From positions 9,170-73,169 of the forward strand of contig JAJPJI010000029.1 in assembly GCA_021324305.1 (NCBI GenBank): a stretch of DNA of 64,000 nt. The letters are read 5' to 3'. Every line of letters begins with the position of its first letter. Position 1 is the stretch's first letter. The notes under the pieces are model-generated. The model made no database searches, was not told where the DNA came from, and saw nothing but the letters and a program-made list of their open reading frames with translations. The DNA is from Gammaproteobacteria bacterium (GTDB lineage Bacteria > Pseudomonadota > Gammaproteobacteria > DSM-16500). The translations under genes and the position numbers were made by a program. Below are positions 22,592-31,882 of the stretch, piece after piece.

Positions 22592-22736
22592 ATCATTTGT
22601 TGCTGAATGATAGCTTGATTTGCTAACAGAATATGCACATCTTCACGCTTCATCGTCGGTTCGAGGCCTTGTCGGCCGCTTAATAGCAACACCTCTGAAC
22701 AGGATATGATTCAGCAATGACGAGTTCGGATTGATT
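22592..22736. repeat. Dispersed intergenic element, copy A, bounded by imperfect inverted repeats
   Basis: ttgctgaat (22600-22608) and attcagcaa (22709-22717) are inverted. Blocks are shared with 44539-44648 and 56649-56760. Confidence 0.65.
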
Positions 22737-22745
22737 CGCAGTCTC

Positions 22746-23483
22746 TTATGCCAGAAAACCGCCATCAAGGGCAATCGCCTGTCCGGTCAAGCCAGCTGCA
22801 GCTTCTGATGCCACGAGAAAATATGCCAGATCCGCCACTTCCTGCGGCTCGATAAATCTTCCCAGCGGAACAGATTTTTGAAGATTCGATTCAGAAATTC
22901 CGATCTCCTGCATGCGCGTAAGTGCCATATCGGTGCGGACCCAGCCTGGGCAGATAGCATTCACGGTAATGTGCCGTTTGGCGGCATCATGCGCCAATGC
23001 CCTGGTAAATCCCACCACCCCATGCTTGGCTGCACAGTAGGCAGCTGCATCAGGGACCCCTTTCAGGCCCAGAACAGAGGAAATATTAACAATGCGGCCG
23101 GAATAATCTGGCAAATAAGGAAGAGCATGCTTGCTGACATAGTACGTGCCATTGAGATTGATATTAATGACACGATGCCATTCAGAATCATCGTCCGGAT
23201 TCAAGGAATAGCCGCCAGCCACGCCCGCATTATTTATCACTGCATCCAAACGGCCAAATGTCCGGATCACAGACTGTATGGTTTGTCCGACCTGTACCGA
23301 GTTGCCAACATCGCAGACCAAACCAAGATCAGAACCGCCCGCCTGAACTCCCTGAGCTGATGTTGAACAGGCAGCGACTACCCACCCATGCGATTGAAAT
23401 TTTTCGATTATGGCTTTCCCTATGCCGCGAGAACCGCCAGTGACAAACAATACCGGCTTCTGAGAACGCTGATTGGCATTCAT
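22746..23483 (-). CDS. Short-chain dehydrogenase/reductase (FabG-like)
   Basis: TGGSRGIG, NNAG, YCAAK, PGWVRT. Confidence 0.93.
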   Translation of the reverse strand: MNANQRSQKPVLFVTGGSRGIGKAIIEKFQSHGWVVAACSTSAQGVQAGGSDLGLVCDVGNSVQVGQTIQSVIRTFGRLDAVINNAGVAGGYSLNPDDDSEWHRVININLNGTYYVSKHALPYLPDYSGRIVNISSVLGLKGVPDAAAYCAAKHGVVGFTRALAHDAAKRHITVNAICPGWVRTDMALTRMQEIGISESNLQKSVPLGRFIEPQEVADLAYFLVASEAAAGLTGQAIALDGGFLA

Positions 23484-24214
23484 TGTGCTATAAAACCTCC
23501 ATCAACAGGAATAACCGCGCCAGTCATGAATGACGCGGCATCCGAAGCCAAAAAGACCATCGCCCAGGCGATTTCCATTGGATTGGCGAATCGCTTTAAA
23601 GGTACGCCATCCTTATAAAATGATTCGGAATTCGTGGGAAAGCTTTGCGGATAGCGACTATGCAGTTCATTGATGACGCGTCTCAGCATTGATGTATCTG
23701 TGCTCCCCGGCGCGACACAGTTTACACGTATGCCTTGCGGTCCGAAGTCCAGCGCCGCACTCTTGGTTAACTGGGCGATTGCAGCCTTGCTGGCACCATA
23801 AACAGCAGAATACCGCTTGCCTATGAACGCCTGATCGCTGGCATTATTGACAATGGCTCCCTTTTTTCGCGCCAGCATGTAAGGCAATACTGCCTTTATC
23901 AAAAAAAACGGGGCTTTGAAATTGACATCAAGAACGTTATCTATATCGTTTATACTGGATTCGAGAATATCGCCAAGCAACGTGACACCCGCATTATTGA
24001 TCAGTATATCGATGCTCCCGCCTTCCATTTTCGCGACATCATCAACATAAGACTGGATGCGTGCTGTCTCCGATAAATCGATTTCCGGCAAATCAAACCC
24101 ATGCACGCGCGCGCCCATATCTTGTAATAACTTGTAAACTGCGGCCCCGATTCCCGATTTATGGCCGGTTACAATCGCGACTTTATCTTTGATTCCGGGT
24201 AACTGATATTCCAT
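23480..24214 (-). CDS. Short-chain dehydrogenase/reductase
   Basis: TGHKSGIG, NNAG, YGASK, VAPGSTDT. ATGA overlap with the next SDR; likely start 24214. Confidence 0.92.
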   Translation of the reverse strand: MEYQLPGIKDKVAIVTGHKSGIGAAVYKLLQDMGARVHGFDLPEIDLSETARIQSYVDDVAKMEGGSIDILINNAGVTLLGDILESSINDIDNVLDVNFKAPFFLIKAVLPYMLARKKGAIVNNASDQAFIGKRYSAVYGASKAAIAQLTKSAALDFGPQGIRVNCVAPGSTDTSMLRRVINELHSRYPQSFPTNSESFYKDGVPLKRFANPMEIAWAMVFLASDAASFMTGAVIPVDGGFIAQ

Positions 24215-24245
24215 TGTCTTCACCTCGCATGCTTCGCCGTGCGCT

Positions 24246-24887
24246 TTATCTTCCCGCTACATCACCCCATAAGTACTTGTGCAACTGTATCTGAAGACGA
24301 ACAGGCAATTGATCCCGCAAAATCCAGTCCGCAAGCTCGCCAGGATTGATCTGCTGGTAACTTGGAGAAAGCAGGATCTGGCAAATGTCCGGCAACTGAT
24401 ACTGGCGCATGATTTGTTTTGTCCACTCATAATCATGCTGATCACAGATAACGAATTTGATTTGATCGTGTGGCAGCAGGTAACGAATATTGTCCCAATG
24501 ATTTTTTCCTGTTTCCAATGAACCTGGTGTTTTGATATCCATCACTTTAACCACCCTTGGATCCACCTGGGATACCGGCAATGCACCGCTGGTTTCAAGA
24601 GACACCTCATATCCCTCATCGCACAGACGTGAAAGCAGGGACAAACACGCTTTTTGTGCCAACGGCTCACCTCCAGTGACTGTCACATAATGTGCGTTAT
24701 ATTTTTTAACTTCGGCAAGTATGGTATCAAGCTCTATCCAGTTTCCTCCATGGAAGGCATAAGCCGTGTCGCAATATTGACATCGTAAAGGGCAGCCTGT
24801 TAAACGCACAAAGACAGTTGGGAGGCCAACTGTCCTTGTTTCACCTTGCAGGGAAAAGAAAATTTCAGAAACGCGTAGTCGTTCCAC
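24246..24887 (-). CDS. queE: 7-carboxy-7-deazaguanine synthase (radical SAM)
   Basis: EIFFSLQGE, GCPLRCQYCDT, TGGEP, LETSG, QLHK. GTG start overlaps the cpoB TAG. Confidence 0.96.
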   Translation of the reverse strand: MERLRVSEIFFSLQGETRTVGLPTVFVRLTGCPLRCQYCDTAYAFHGGNWIELDTILAEVKKYNAHYVTVTGGEPLAQKACLSLLSRLCDEGYEVSLETSGALPVSQVDPRVVKVMDIKTPGSLETGKNHWDNIRYLLPHDQIKFVICDQHDYEWTKQIMRQYQLPDICQILLSPSYQQINPGELADWILRDQLPVRLQIQLHKYLWGDVAGR

Positions 24888-25936
24888 TAATGGCCCGCTT
24901 GCTTTATCTGCTTCAGCTGTTCTGCAGCCAGTCTCGCAGATGCCGTACCTGGGTAATGATTGATGACTTTCTTGAGAGCAGCCTTTGCATCCGGCCATTT
25001 AAGCTGTGAAGCCAGAATCAGAGCCACTTTCAATTGTGCATCAGATACACGCGGACTATCCGGGAATGTTTTCACTACTGAATTGAATTCAGACAGCGCG
25101 AGATCATTTTTGCCCAGCAATCCATATAACTCACCCAGCCAATAATGCGCATTTGATGCAAACTGACCAGATGGGTATTTCTTCAACATACCCTGGAGTG
25201 CAGTGACAGCTTCATTGTATTTTTTGGCTTTGATCAGGTTATATGCCGTCTGGTAAATCTGCTGCTCTTCGGCAACATTTGGCTGCGAATTACTGGCAGC
25301 ATCGGCAGGTTTGTTGACCGGAGTCGCGGTTAAAGATTTGGTTGTTGACTTGGCAGCCGTTGATTTGACAGGCTTGACGGGTGCCGGAGCAGATGTATCA
25401 TCATCCGCATTTCCTGCATTAGTCGCTGTACCAGTGGCTGCACTCACCGCTGCAGCTGCCTGCTGCTGGGTTTGATTGGCCGCCAACTGGGATAACTGCT
25501 TGTCCAGGTCTGTATACATGTTCTTTTGCTGGTTCTGGAGCTGTTCAAGCTGATGGGTTAACTGTTCCACCTGTCCACGCAGTGCCTGTACCTGGTCCTG
25601 AAGTGAATCAACACGTGTGTTTGGATCATTGGTTTGCATATTGTCTATGCGCTGTTCAATACGGCGCATGCGCTGATCCAGAGTTGACTGTGTCATTTGA
25701 GGAGCTGGCGGCGGCTCAACAGATACTTGAGGAGTCTGCCCGGGAACAAATGCTCCGCTCTCCTGGCCTGGCGGTGGTGGAGGCGGCAAGTCCTGAGACT
25801 GATCGGAAGCCTGATTATCATCTGGCTGCATGGTATCAGCATCAAAAACCGGAGCTGACTCAGCATAAACAGGTATAGCAACGCTCAAACACATTGCTAT
25901 ACCAAGGATTTTGACCAAGCGTGATATGTTTTGCAT
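24887..25936 (-). CDS. cpoB: Tol-Pal system protein CpoB/YbgF
   Basis: Signal peptide, coiled coil, C-terminal TPRs (NAHYWLGE, DAQLK); follows pal. Confidence 0.93.
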   Translation of the reverse strand: MQNISRLVKILGIAMCLSVAIPVYAESAPVFDADTMQPDDNQASDQSQDLPPPPPPGQESGAFVPGQTPQVSVEPPPAPQMTQSTLDQRMRRIEQRIDNMQTNDPNTRVDSLQDQVQALRGQVEQLTHQLEQLQNQQKNMYTDLDKQLSQLAANQTQQQAAAAVSAATGTATNAGNADDDTSAPAPVKPVKSTAAKSTTKSLTATPVNKPADAASNSQPNVAEEQQIYQTAYNLIKAKKYNEAVTALQGMLKKYPSGQFASNAHYWLGELYGLLGKNDLALSEFNSVVKTFPDSPRVSDAQLKVALILASQLKWPDAKAALKKVINHYPGTASARLAAEQLKQIKQAGH

Positions 25937-25939
25937 ATG

Positions 25940-26485
25940 TTATCGCTTAAGAATAACAAGAACAGCACGGCGATCTAACTGGTACGCTGACTCATCATGA
26001 CCCAGTGCCGCCAATTTTTCAGCGCCATAACTCACAACGCGTATCTGGGATGGATTGACACCTTTGGAGGTAAGCAGTTCAGCAACTGACTTCGCGCGGC
26101 GTTCACCCAGGCCGATGTTGTATTCACGGCTGCCGCGAGGATCGGTATGACCTTCCAGCAGGATTTTTGCTTTCGGATGAGCAGCCAGATAATTGGCGTT
26201 TGCGATAATAGCCGGCTTATCTTCATCATGTACAACATTGCTGTCGAAATCGAAGTAGTAAACACGCTTAGCCAGTAACTTTTCACGGCCGTTTCCATTT
26301 GCCTGATCGCCAAAACCGGATTCATCACCGAGACCGGAAGCCTGAGCACCATCGTTGCTGCTGTACGCGGCATTGGCTTCGTTTACGGCGGACTGATCCT
26401 GATTTTTATGTGCAGAGGAGCAAGCGGCAAGAGTAATGATACTGCTGCTTACCAAAATAACCTTTATCCATTTTTTAAGATTCAT
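25940..26485 (-). CDS. pal: Peptidoglycan-associated lipoprotein
   Basis: Lipobox LAAC, YFDFD, EGHTDPRGSREYNIGLGERRA. Likely start 26485. Confidence 0.97.
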   Translation of the reverse strand: MNLKKWIKVILVSSSIITLAACSSAHKNQDQSAVNEANAAYSSNDGAQASGLGDESGFGDQANGNGREKLLAKRVYYFDFDSNVVHDEDKPAIIANANYLAAHPKAKILLEGHTDPRGSREYNIGLGERRAKSVAELLTSKGVNPSQIRVVSYGAEKLAALGHDESAYQLDRRAVLVILKR

Positions 26486-26526
26486 AATCTCCCCCTTCCC
26501 CCATGAAAAATTGAATTTAATGCCAA

Positions 26527-26554
26527 AGTATACCCTGAAATTGCGAGTTATCAA
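26527..26554 (-). promoter_or_regulatory. Internal sigma-70 promoter upstream of pal
   Basis: TTGATA-N16-TATACT on the minus strand between tolB and pal. Confidence 0.55.
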
Positions 26555-26578
26555 CTAGGGGTTATTGACAAATTTTTT

Positions 26579-26620
26579 CCATGTCCGCCAGAAAACTGTG
26601 TGCATTCTGGCCAGACATGG
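26579..26620. other. Long tolB-pal intergenic hairpin
   Basis: ccatgtc/gacatgg plus gccagaa/ttctggc stems. Confidence 0.5.
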
Positions 26621-26678
26621 TAAACGGTCAAACTGTCCCCGATATTCTAAAGCCGTACGACTACCAGGTTTTCAGAAT

Positions 26679-27986
26679 TTATCCCAGATAAGGTGACCAT
26701 GCTGGATCTTGTGCCTCTCCATTGCGCGCGGGCAAACGCAACTGGATCCGGCCATCTGATGAAACCATGCCCAACACATTTCTGCCGCCATAAACAGTAT
26801 CATAAAGAATCATGCTGCCATTGGGTGCAACACTAGGTGAAGAACTATCGCCAGCTGAGCTGTTAAGAACCCGCATGTTTCCTGAATCCAGATCAAGAAT
26901 GGCGATATTATATACTCCGGAGACACGGTGTATCATGGCAACATATTTTCCATCCGACGTATATGAGGCCCTGGCATTGTAATCACCATCGTATGAAACA
27001 CGCGAAATGGACCCACCGGCCAGCTTAACCTGATAAATTTGTGGACCGCCACTACGGTTGGAAGTGTAAAGCAAGGATCTACCGTCTGGCGACCATGCCG
27101 GTTCAGTATTGATATAAAAATCGTTCGTCACCTGTGTCAGGCGTCCTGAGGCAATGTCCATGACATAAATGTTTGGTGAACCACTTTTCGAAAGAACAAG
27201 AGCCAGCTTGCGGCCATCCGGCGACCAGGCAGGTGCGCCATTAATACCAGGGAAGTTACTTAACAAGCGTCTACCGCCGGTTGCGACATCTTCGAGATAA
27301 ATCCCCGCTCTCTGGTTTTCAAATGATACATACGCAATCTGTTTACCGTTTGGCGACCACGAGGGTGACATGATAGGCTCAGGTGAATTCAGCAAAGGTC
27401 TTGGATTATATCCATCCTGATCCGCAACCTCTAGAATGTAGCGCTGGGGTGCATTTTGATAACGCTGGACGACAACATAGGCAATCTTGGTTGAAAAAAT
27501 ACCGCGGGTGCCCGTAATTTGCTGATAAACAAGATCACTGATGTGGTGTGCAAGCTTGCGCATCTCACCGCCGGAGACAGTGAATTTTTTATTTAGCACA
27601 ACACCGGCCGCGCCGCTGCCGCGATACATGTCCAACAGCTGGAAGCTGACCTGATAACTGTTCCCGCCAAGCGACGTAACCTTGCCGACGACCACATTGT
27701 CCGTACCCAGACTCCGAAAATAGTCAGTTGATACATTTGCTGCATCATTAGGAAACTGATTCAGCGCATTACGACCATAGACTTTGAACCGTCCACTGTT
27801 TTGCAAATCGGCAGTCACTATCCCGGAGACATCCTGTGGAGCGTCAGCCTGGCTTGCGAATGGCACAATTGCGATCGGAATCGCACCAGACACTCCGCGT
27901 GTCAATTCCATGCTTAAAATGGCAAATGCTGAATACGGTACTATTAATGTGTATGTGAATAATAAAAGGCTGATAAGTTTGCGCAT
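26679..27986 (-). CDS. tolB: Tol-Pal beta-propeller protein TolB
   Basis: [17 protein letters not shown], repeated P.WSP.G. Likely start 27986 after GAGGTG. Confidence 0.97.
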   Translation of the reverse strand: MRKLISLLLFTYTLIVPYSAFAILSMELTRGVSGAIPIAIVPFASQADAPQDVSGIVTADLQNSGRFKVYGRNALNQFPNDAANVSTDYFRSLGTDNVVVGKVTSLGGNSYQVSFQLLDMYRGSGAAGVVLNKKFTVSGGEMRKLAHHISDLVYQQITGTRGIFSTKIAYVVVQRYQNAPQRYILEVADQDGYNPRPLLNSPEPIMSPSWSPNGKQIAYVSFENQRAGIYLEDVATGGRRLLSNFPGINGAPAWSPDGRKLALVLSKSGSPNIYVMDIASGRLTQVTNDFYINTEPAWSPDGRSLLYTSNRSGGPQIYQVKLAGGSISRVSYDGDYNARASYTSDGKYVAMIHRVSGVYNIAILDLDSGNMRVLNSSAGDSSSPSVAPNGSMILYDTVYGGRNVLGMVSSDGRIQLRLPARNGEAQDPAWSPYLG

Positions 27987-28087
27987 AATGCACCTCACCT
28001 CTTAGAAATTGTCAACTTTATATCATATCTTTATCCGGGAGGCTAATGCTGCTTCCCCCTTCTTTGGCATTTGCCGGGGGACAGGTT

Positions 28088-29572
28088 CTATTTTGTGACC
28101 ATCTTTTCGACCACTTCCTTTTCGGATATCTGAGTTCCGATCAACCTGCCCTGCATAAGGTTACAGCCCAATCCTTTCCAGATCAGGGCCTGGTGATCTG
28201 AATCAATTCCCTTGATAACGAGCTCAGCATGCAAACTTTTTGACAGCTGAATCAGTGACTTTGCCAGATCTACGCTCTGTTCATTCTGTTCAATATCATC
28301 AAGCAGATTTTGATCCAGCTTTAGATAGTTGACATGAGAGTGCTTGATATCACGCAATGAAAACGGTCCAGCCCCGAAATCATCGATAGCAATCTTGATA
28401 TTGAGGTACTTGATCATATTGAATGCCTTTTCCAGCACATCGAATGATATTTGCGATATGTTTTCCCGGATCTCGAGCAGCAGCCACTCCGGATTAAAAT
28501 CCAGCTCCTGCAACACCTGTGATATTCGATAAACGAAATGACTGTTCTCCAACTGGCGGATGGACATTGATATTCCCAGGAAATCAGGATAAAAATTCAG
28601 CGTACGCCAGTAGGTAAATTGCCGGCAGGCATTTTTTAACAGCCATTCGGAAATGACATTCAACTTGCCCTGTTTTTCTGCATAGGCAACCAGTTCAGCG
28701 GGAGCAATCAGGCCTAACTCGGGATGCTGCCAATGCAGCAGTGCTTCCATACAAAATATTTTTTCATTCAGCATGTTTTTGATGGGCTGATAAAAGATCA
28801 GAAATTCACTTGGGAGCGAATCGCGCTTAATTCCCGTTGACAAGGCCAGTTCACGCTGGCTGTTAATAAAGATTTTTTCCTGGAAGAACTGATAAATCTG
28901 ATTGCCCTTTTTCTTGGCCATGCGCAATGCATGATCAGCGCTTCTAAACAGCGTCGCTGCATCCTGCCCATCAGACGGATAAATCGAAATGCCTATGCAT
29001 GCGGTCAAGTAAAGGTGATGCTCATTTACCTGCACAGGCTGCGCCAGGGCTTGCAGCATGCGTTGCGCAACAATCGCGGCGGTTTCCGGCTTACCCAGCT
29101 GTGTCAGCAGCACAGCAAATGTGTCTTTCGCAAATCGGCTGATGCTGTCAACCTGCCGTATGCAGGATTTCAGGCGTACTGATAGTTCCCGCAAGACTGC
29201 ATTTCCCACTTCGTTTCCCAGGGCATCATTGATGACTTTGAAGTCATCAATATCTATGTACAAGATCCCCATGGTTAATTGATAGCGCGCACCTTCCACA
29301 ATCGACTGATTGACCCGATCCTCAAATAATTGCCAGCCTGGCAGTCCGGTTACCGGATCTTCAATGGCATGACGCAATTTGGTTTTTAATGTGCTTAATT
29401 CGTAGCGCAGCGTCTGCTCGCTGTTGCGGAGCTTGAGTAATTCTGATTCATTGGCCGTAGCGGCTGATTTTAATTTTTTTGCCTGATGCCTGCATTGCAG
29501 CAATGCAAATACGGAAAAAATTAAGCCAATGCTGATTACTGCCAGTATGAACACCACTGTAACCATCTCCAT
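28088..29572 (-). CDS. Membrane-anchored GGDEF-EAL protein with degenerate active sites
   Basis: N-terminal TM helix. GGDEF position reads AKDTF with RQVD I-site; EAL and DDFGAG present but AEGVE reads IKGID. Confidence 0.9.
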   Translation of the reverse strand: MEMVTVVFILAVISIGLIFSVFALLQCRHQAKKLKSAATANESELLKLRNSEQTLRYELSTLKTKLRHAIEDPVTGLPGWQLFEDRVNQSIVEGARYQLTMGILYIDIDDFKVINDALGNEVGNAVLRELSVRLKSCIRQVDSISRFAKDTFAVLLTQLGKPETAAIVAQRMLQALAQPVQVNEHHLYLTACIGISIYPSDGQDAATLFRSADHALRMAKKKGNQIYQFFQEKIFINSQRELALSTGIKRDSLPSEFLIFYQPIKNMLNEKIFCMEALLHWQHPELGLIAPAELVAYAEKQGKLNVISEWLLKNACRQFTYWRTLNFYPDFLGISMSIRQLENSHFVYRISQVLQELDFNPEWLLLEIRENISQISFDVLEKAFNMIKYLNIKIAIDDFGAGPFSLRDIKHSHVNYLKLDQNLLDDIEQNEQSVDLAKSLIQLSKSLHAELVIKGIDSDHQALIWKGLGCNLMQGRLIGTQISEKEVVEKMVTK

Positions 29573-29586
29573 ATGGAAAAGTTGGC

Positions 29587-29607
29587 GTCATTGCGAGACG
29601 CAATGAC
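29587..29607. repeat. REP/RPE-like palindrome GTCATTGCG-AGA-CGCAATGAC
   Basis: Perfect 9-bp inverted repeat with GTCATTGCG/CGCAATGAC ends typical of palindromic repeat elements. Confidence 0.55.
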
Positions 29608-29669
29608 AACGGATACCATTGATAGAATACAATATTTACGCAGCTGTTCCTAGAACCCGTTTTAAAACC

Positions 29670-29717
29670 GCCAGTATTGCATGAATGCTTCCCTGGGTTG
29701 TCATTGCACAATACTGG
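29670..29717. other. Long imperfect hairpin directly after tolA
   Basis: ccagtattg/caatactgg 9-bp outer stem; may terminate or stabilise the tolA transcript. Confidence 0.45.
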
Positions 29718-29722
29718 TGGCT

Positions 29723-30718
29723 TTAGCCAGGCCCCATGCCGCCATCCGCTGCCAGGATGTTTTCCGGTTTAACTTTCAGGACAAACTGACGGAAAGCCGC
29801 AAAGGCATCGGGATCCGAAGGTACTGGTAACGGTGACGCCTTGAGAACCGCAGAACGCGCAGAACTGTCAAGGGAAGGATCACCGCTAGTACGGGTTACC
29901 TGCACATCCAGCACCATGCCGCCTGGCGCAAGTCTGATCATCAGTTCACAATACAACTTTCGGTTGGCCTGAGTCGGCACTATCCAGTGCTCACTGATGG
30001 CCTGCAGAATGAGCGCCTTGTATTTGTTCACCTCACCCTGGGATTGACGCGACTGCATGCCTTGTAACTTGATTTCCTCATTTAATAATTGCTGCCGCAA
30101 TGACTGCTCGGCCTGTTCGCGCAAGGTTTTCTGGAATTGTGCCTGTAATTGCTTTTGCTTTATTTTTTTCTGCTTGTCAGACTGCTTCTTGATATCCGCC
30201 AACAAGTCATTGGCAAACAGATTACGCTGCTTCAAGACTTCCAGCGCTTTTTGTGCCGCAAGCTTCTTTTTATCGTCCGCTTTCTTTAAAGCTATCACAT
30301 CCTTCTTAATTTCCGCCTGTTTGACGGGCTGCGGTGCAGGCTCTATTTTCGGTTTGGGCAACGGCGTGACCTGACGCTGGGCCCGCGGCTGCGATGCAGG
30401 TTGCTTGGGTAAAATCCTGCTCTTTGCAGAATCACCCAGTATGACTGCACTGATGACATCATTTTTATTCGTGTTTTCGATCACTGGCATGGTTGATGAA
30501 AAATCAAAACCAAGCACCAGCACCAGCAAGACACCGATATGAAAAACAATCGATGTTAAAAAAAAATTATTCATCGGGGTTACCCCGCGGCTTGCCACGG
30601 GATTGTCTGCGCGATGGGGTTTCTCAAGAGGAGAATCGCGAGTCTCCCCTTGAGTCGATACGCGGGGATTTACTCCTCGCGTGTCGAAATTAGATTGAGT
30701 TTCCTGGGGCGCCGCCAT
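29723..30718 (-). CDS. tolA: Cell envelope integrity protein TolA with N-terminal palindrome-derived extension
   Basis: TM helix with S..FH motif, Pro/Lys/Gln-rich stalk, C-terminal SGDPSLDSSARSAVLKASPLPVP; follows tolR. Confidence 0.93.
   Translation of the reverse strand: MAAPQETQSNFDTRGVNPRVSTQGETRDSPLEKPHRADNPVASRGVTPMNNFFLTSIVFHIGVLLVLVLGFDFSSTMPVIENTNKNDVISAVILGDSAKSRILPKQPASQPRAQRQVTPLPKPKIEPAPQPVKQAEIKKDVIALKKADDKKKLAAQKALEVLKQRNLFANDLLADIKKQSDKQKKIKQKQLQAQFQKTLREQAEQSLRQQLLNEEIKLQGMQSRQSQGEVNKYKALILQAISEHWIVPTQANRKLYCELMIRLAPGGMVLDVQVTRTSGDPSLDSSARSAVLKASPLPVPSDPDAFAAFRQFVLKVKPENILAADGGMGPG
30575..30685. repeat. Cluster of palindromes in the 5' end of tolA
   Basis: cggggttaccccg; accccgcggcttgccacgggatt (REP-like half); ctcaag-a-ggaga/tctcc-c-cttgag; gatacgcgggga/tcctcgcgtgtc. 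Confidence 0.65.
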
Positions 30719-30724
30719 GATACC

Positions 30725-31174
30725 TCAGCCAACATTTTTGTCAGGAGCCGGCTGCGTAATCAGCCCAACGCTTTTCGCACCAGCCTGTTGCAGCAACACC
30801 ATCGCCTCCACGACTTTTCCATAATTGACATTTTTGTCTCCACGTACCAGCACAGGCCGCTGCTCCGCACCTTGCTTGGATAACTGACTGGTAACCAGAT
30901 AACTCAATGTACGCGCAGTAATCGGCTGATTGGGTTTGTCCGCAAGATTCAGGTAGAAGTTTCCTGCTGAATCAACTGTAACAATCAGTGGTTCTTTCTG
31001 CTGATCATCAATTGCCTTCGCTGCTGTTTTGGGTAAATCAACCTTCACACCCTGTGTCAGCAAAGGCGCAGTAATCATGAAGATCACCAGCAATACCAAC
31101 ATGACATCAATAAATGGAACGACATTGATGTCAGACATTGGCCGCCGTGATCCGGGTTGATGCATGTGCGCCAT
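30725..31174 (-). CDS. tolR: TolR
   Basis: DINVVPFIDVMLVLLVIFMITAP, VLVRGDKNVNYG. Confidence 0.97.
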   Translation of the reverse strand: MAHMHQPGSRRPMSDINVVPFIDVMLVLLVIFMITAPLLTQGVKVDLPKTAAKAIDDQQKEPLIVTVDSAGNFYLNLADKPNQPITARTLSYLVTSQLSKQGAEQRPVLVRGDKNVNYGKVVEAMVLLQQAGAKSVGLITQPAPDKNVG

Positions 31175-31180
31175 AGTTGA

Positions 31181-31882
31181 TTACTCCGCAGTTTCCAGTC
31201 TCACCGTGTTCTGTTGTGACTGGCGGATGAGAATATTGGTGAATTCTTCTTCGAACGCACTGAAGCGATTCATCAGCCTGCCGATGTCCGTGATAAATCG
31301 GTTATAGGCAATCACAGCCGGGATAGCGGCGAAAAGACCCAGCGCAGTTGCGATAAGCGCTTCGGCGATACCGGGTGCCACCATGGAAATCGTAGCCTGC
31401 TGCACATTAGCCAATGCACGAAACGCTTGCATGATTCCCCAGACCGTACCGAATAAACCAACATAGGGACTGGTTGAACCGACAATAGCGAGAAACGGCA
31501 AATGAGTTTCCAGTTTGTCCTGCTCCCGCATTTGCGCAACACGCATCGCACGTCTGGTATTTTCCATGATGAGGTCCATGCTCGCGCCAGCCTGTTTGCG
31601 AAAACGCAGAAATTCCTTGAAACCGGCATAAAAAACAGCTTCGAGTCCTTCGCGTGACTCTCTATGCTTGCTGCCTTCCGAATACAGGGTTGCAAGATCC
31701 TCGCCCGACCAGAATGCATTCTCGAATTTACTGGCGGATTTGCTGATATCCTTCAGATAAAAGCCCCGTTGCAGGATATAAGCCCAGGAGAAAATGGATG
31801 CGCCAATCAAGATCAGCATGACGCATTTCACCACCAAACTGGCATGTAAAAAATACCCGATTAAACTGGCATCGTAATTCAC
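31181..31882 (-). CDS. tolQ: TolQ
   Basis: GSTSPYVGLFGTVWGIM, VAPGIAEALIATALGLFAAIPAV. Confidence 0.97.
   Translation of the reverse strand: MNYDASLIGYFLHASLVVKCVMLILIGASIFSWAYILQRGFYLKDISKSASKFENAFWSGEDLATLYSEGSKHRESREGLEAVFYAGFKEFLRFRKQAGASMDLIMENTRRAMRVAQMREQDKLETHLPFLAIVGSTSPYVGLFGTVWGIMQAFRALANVQQATISMVAPGIAEALIATALGLFAAIPAVIAYNRFITDIGRLMNRFSAFEEEFTNILIRQSQQNTVRLETAE

Noticed and set aside
22346-24246. Integrative element at tRNA-Lys
   Set aside because: No integrase and no duplicated tRNA 3' end visible; the SDR genes lie on the 5' side of the tRNA.
25693-25790. Low-complexity Pro/Gln-rich tracts in cpoB and the Ser/Gly tail of the FmdB protein
   Set aside because: Ordinary flexible linkers, not nucleotide-level repeats.
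29575-29720. c-di-GMP (GEMM) riboswitch upstream of the GGDEF-EAL gene
   Set aside because: No GAAA tetraloop/receptor or GEMM consensus; the hairpins look like repeat relics.
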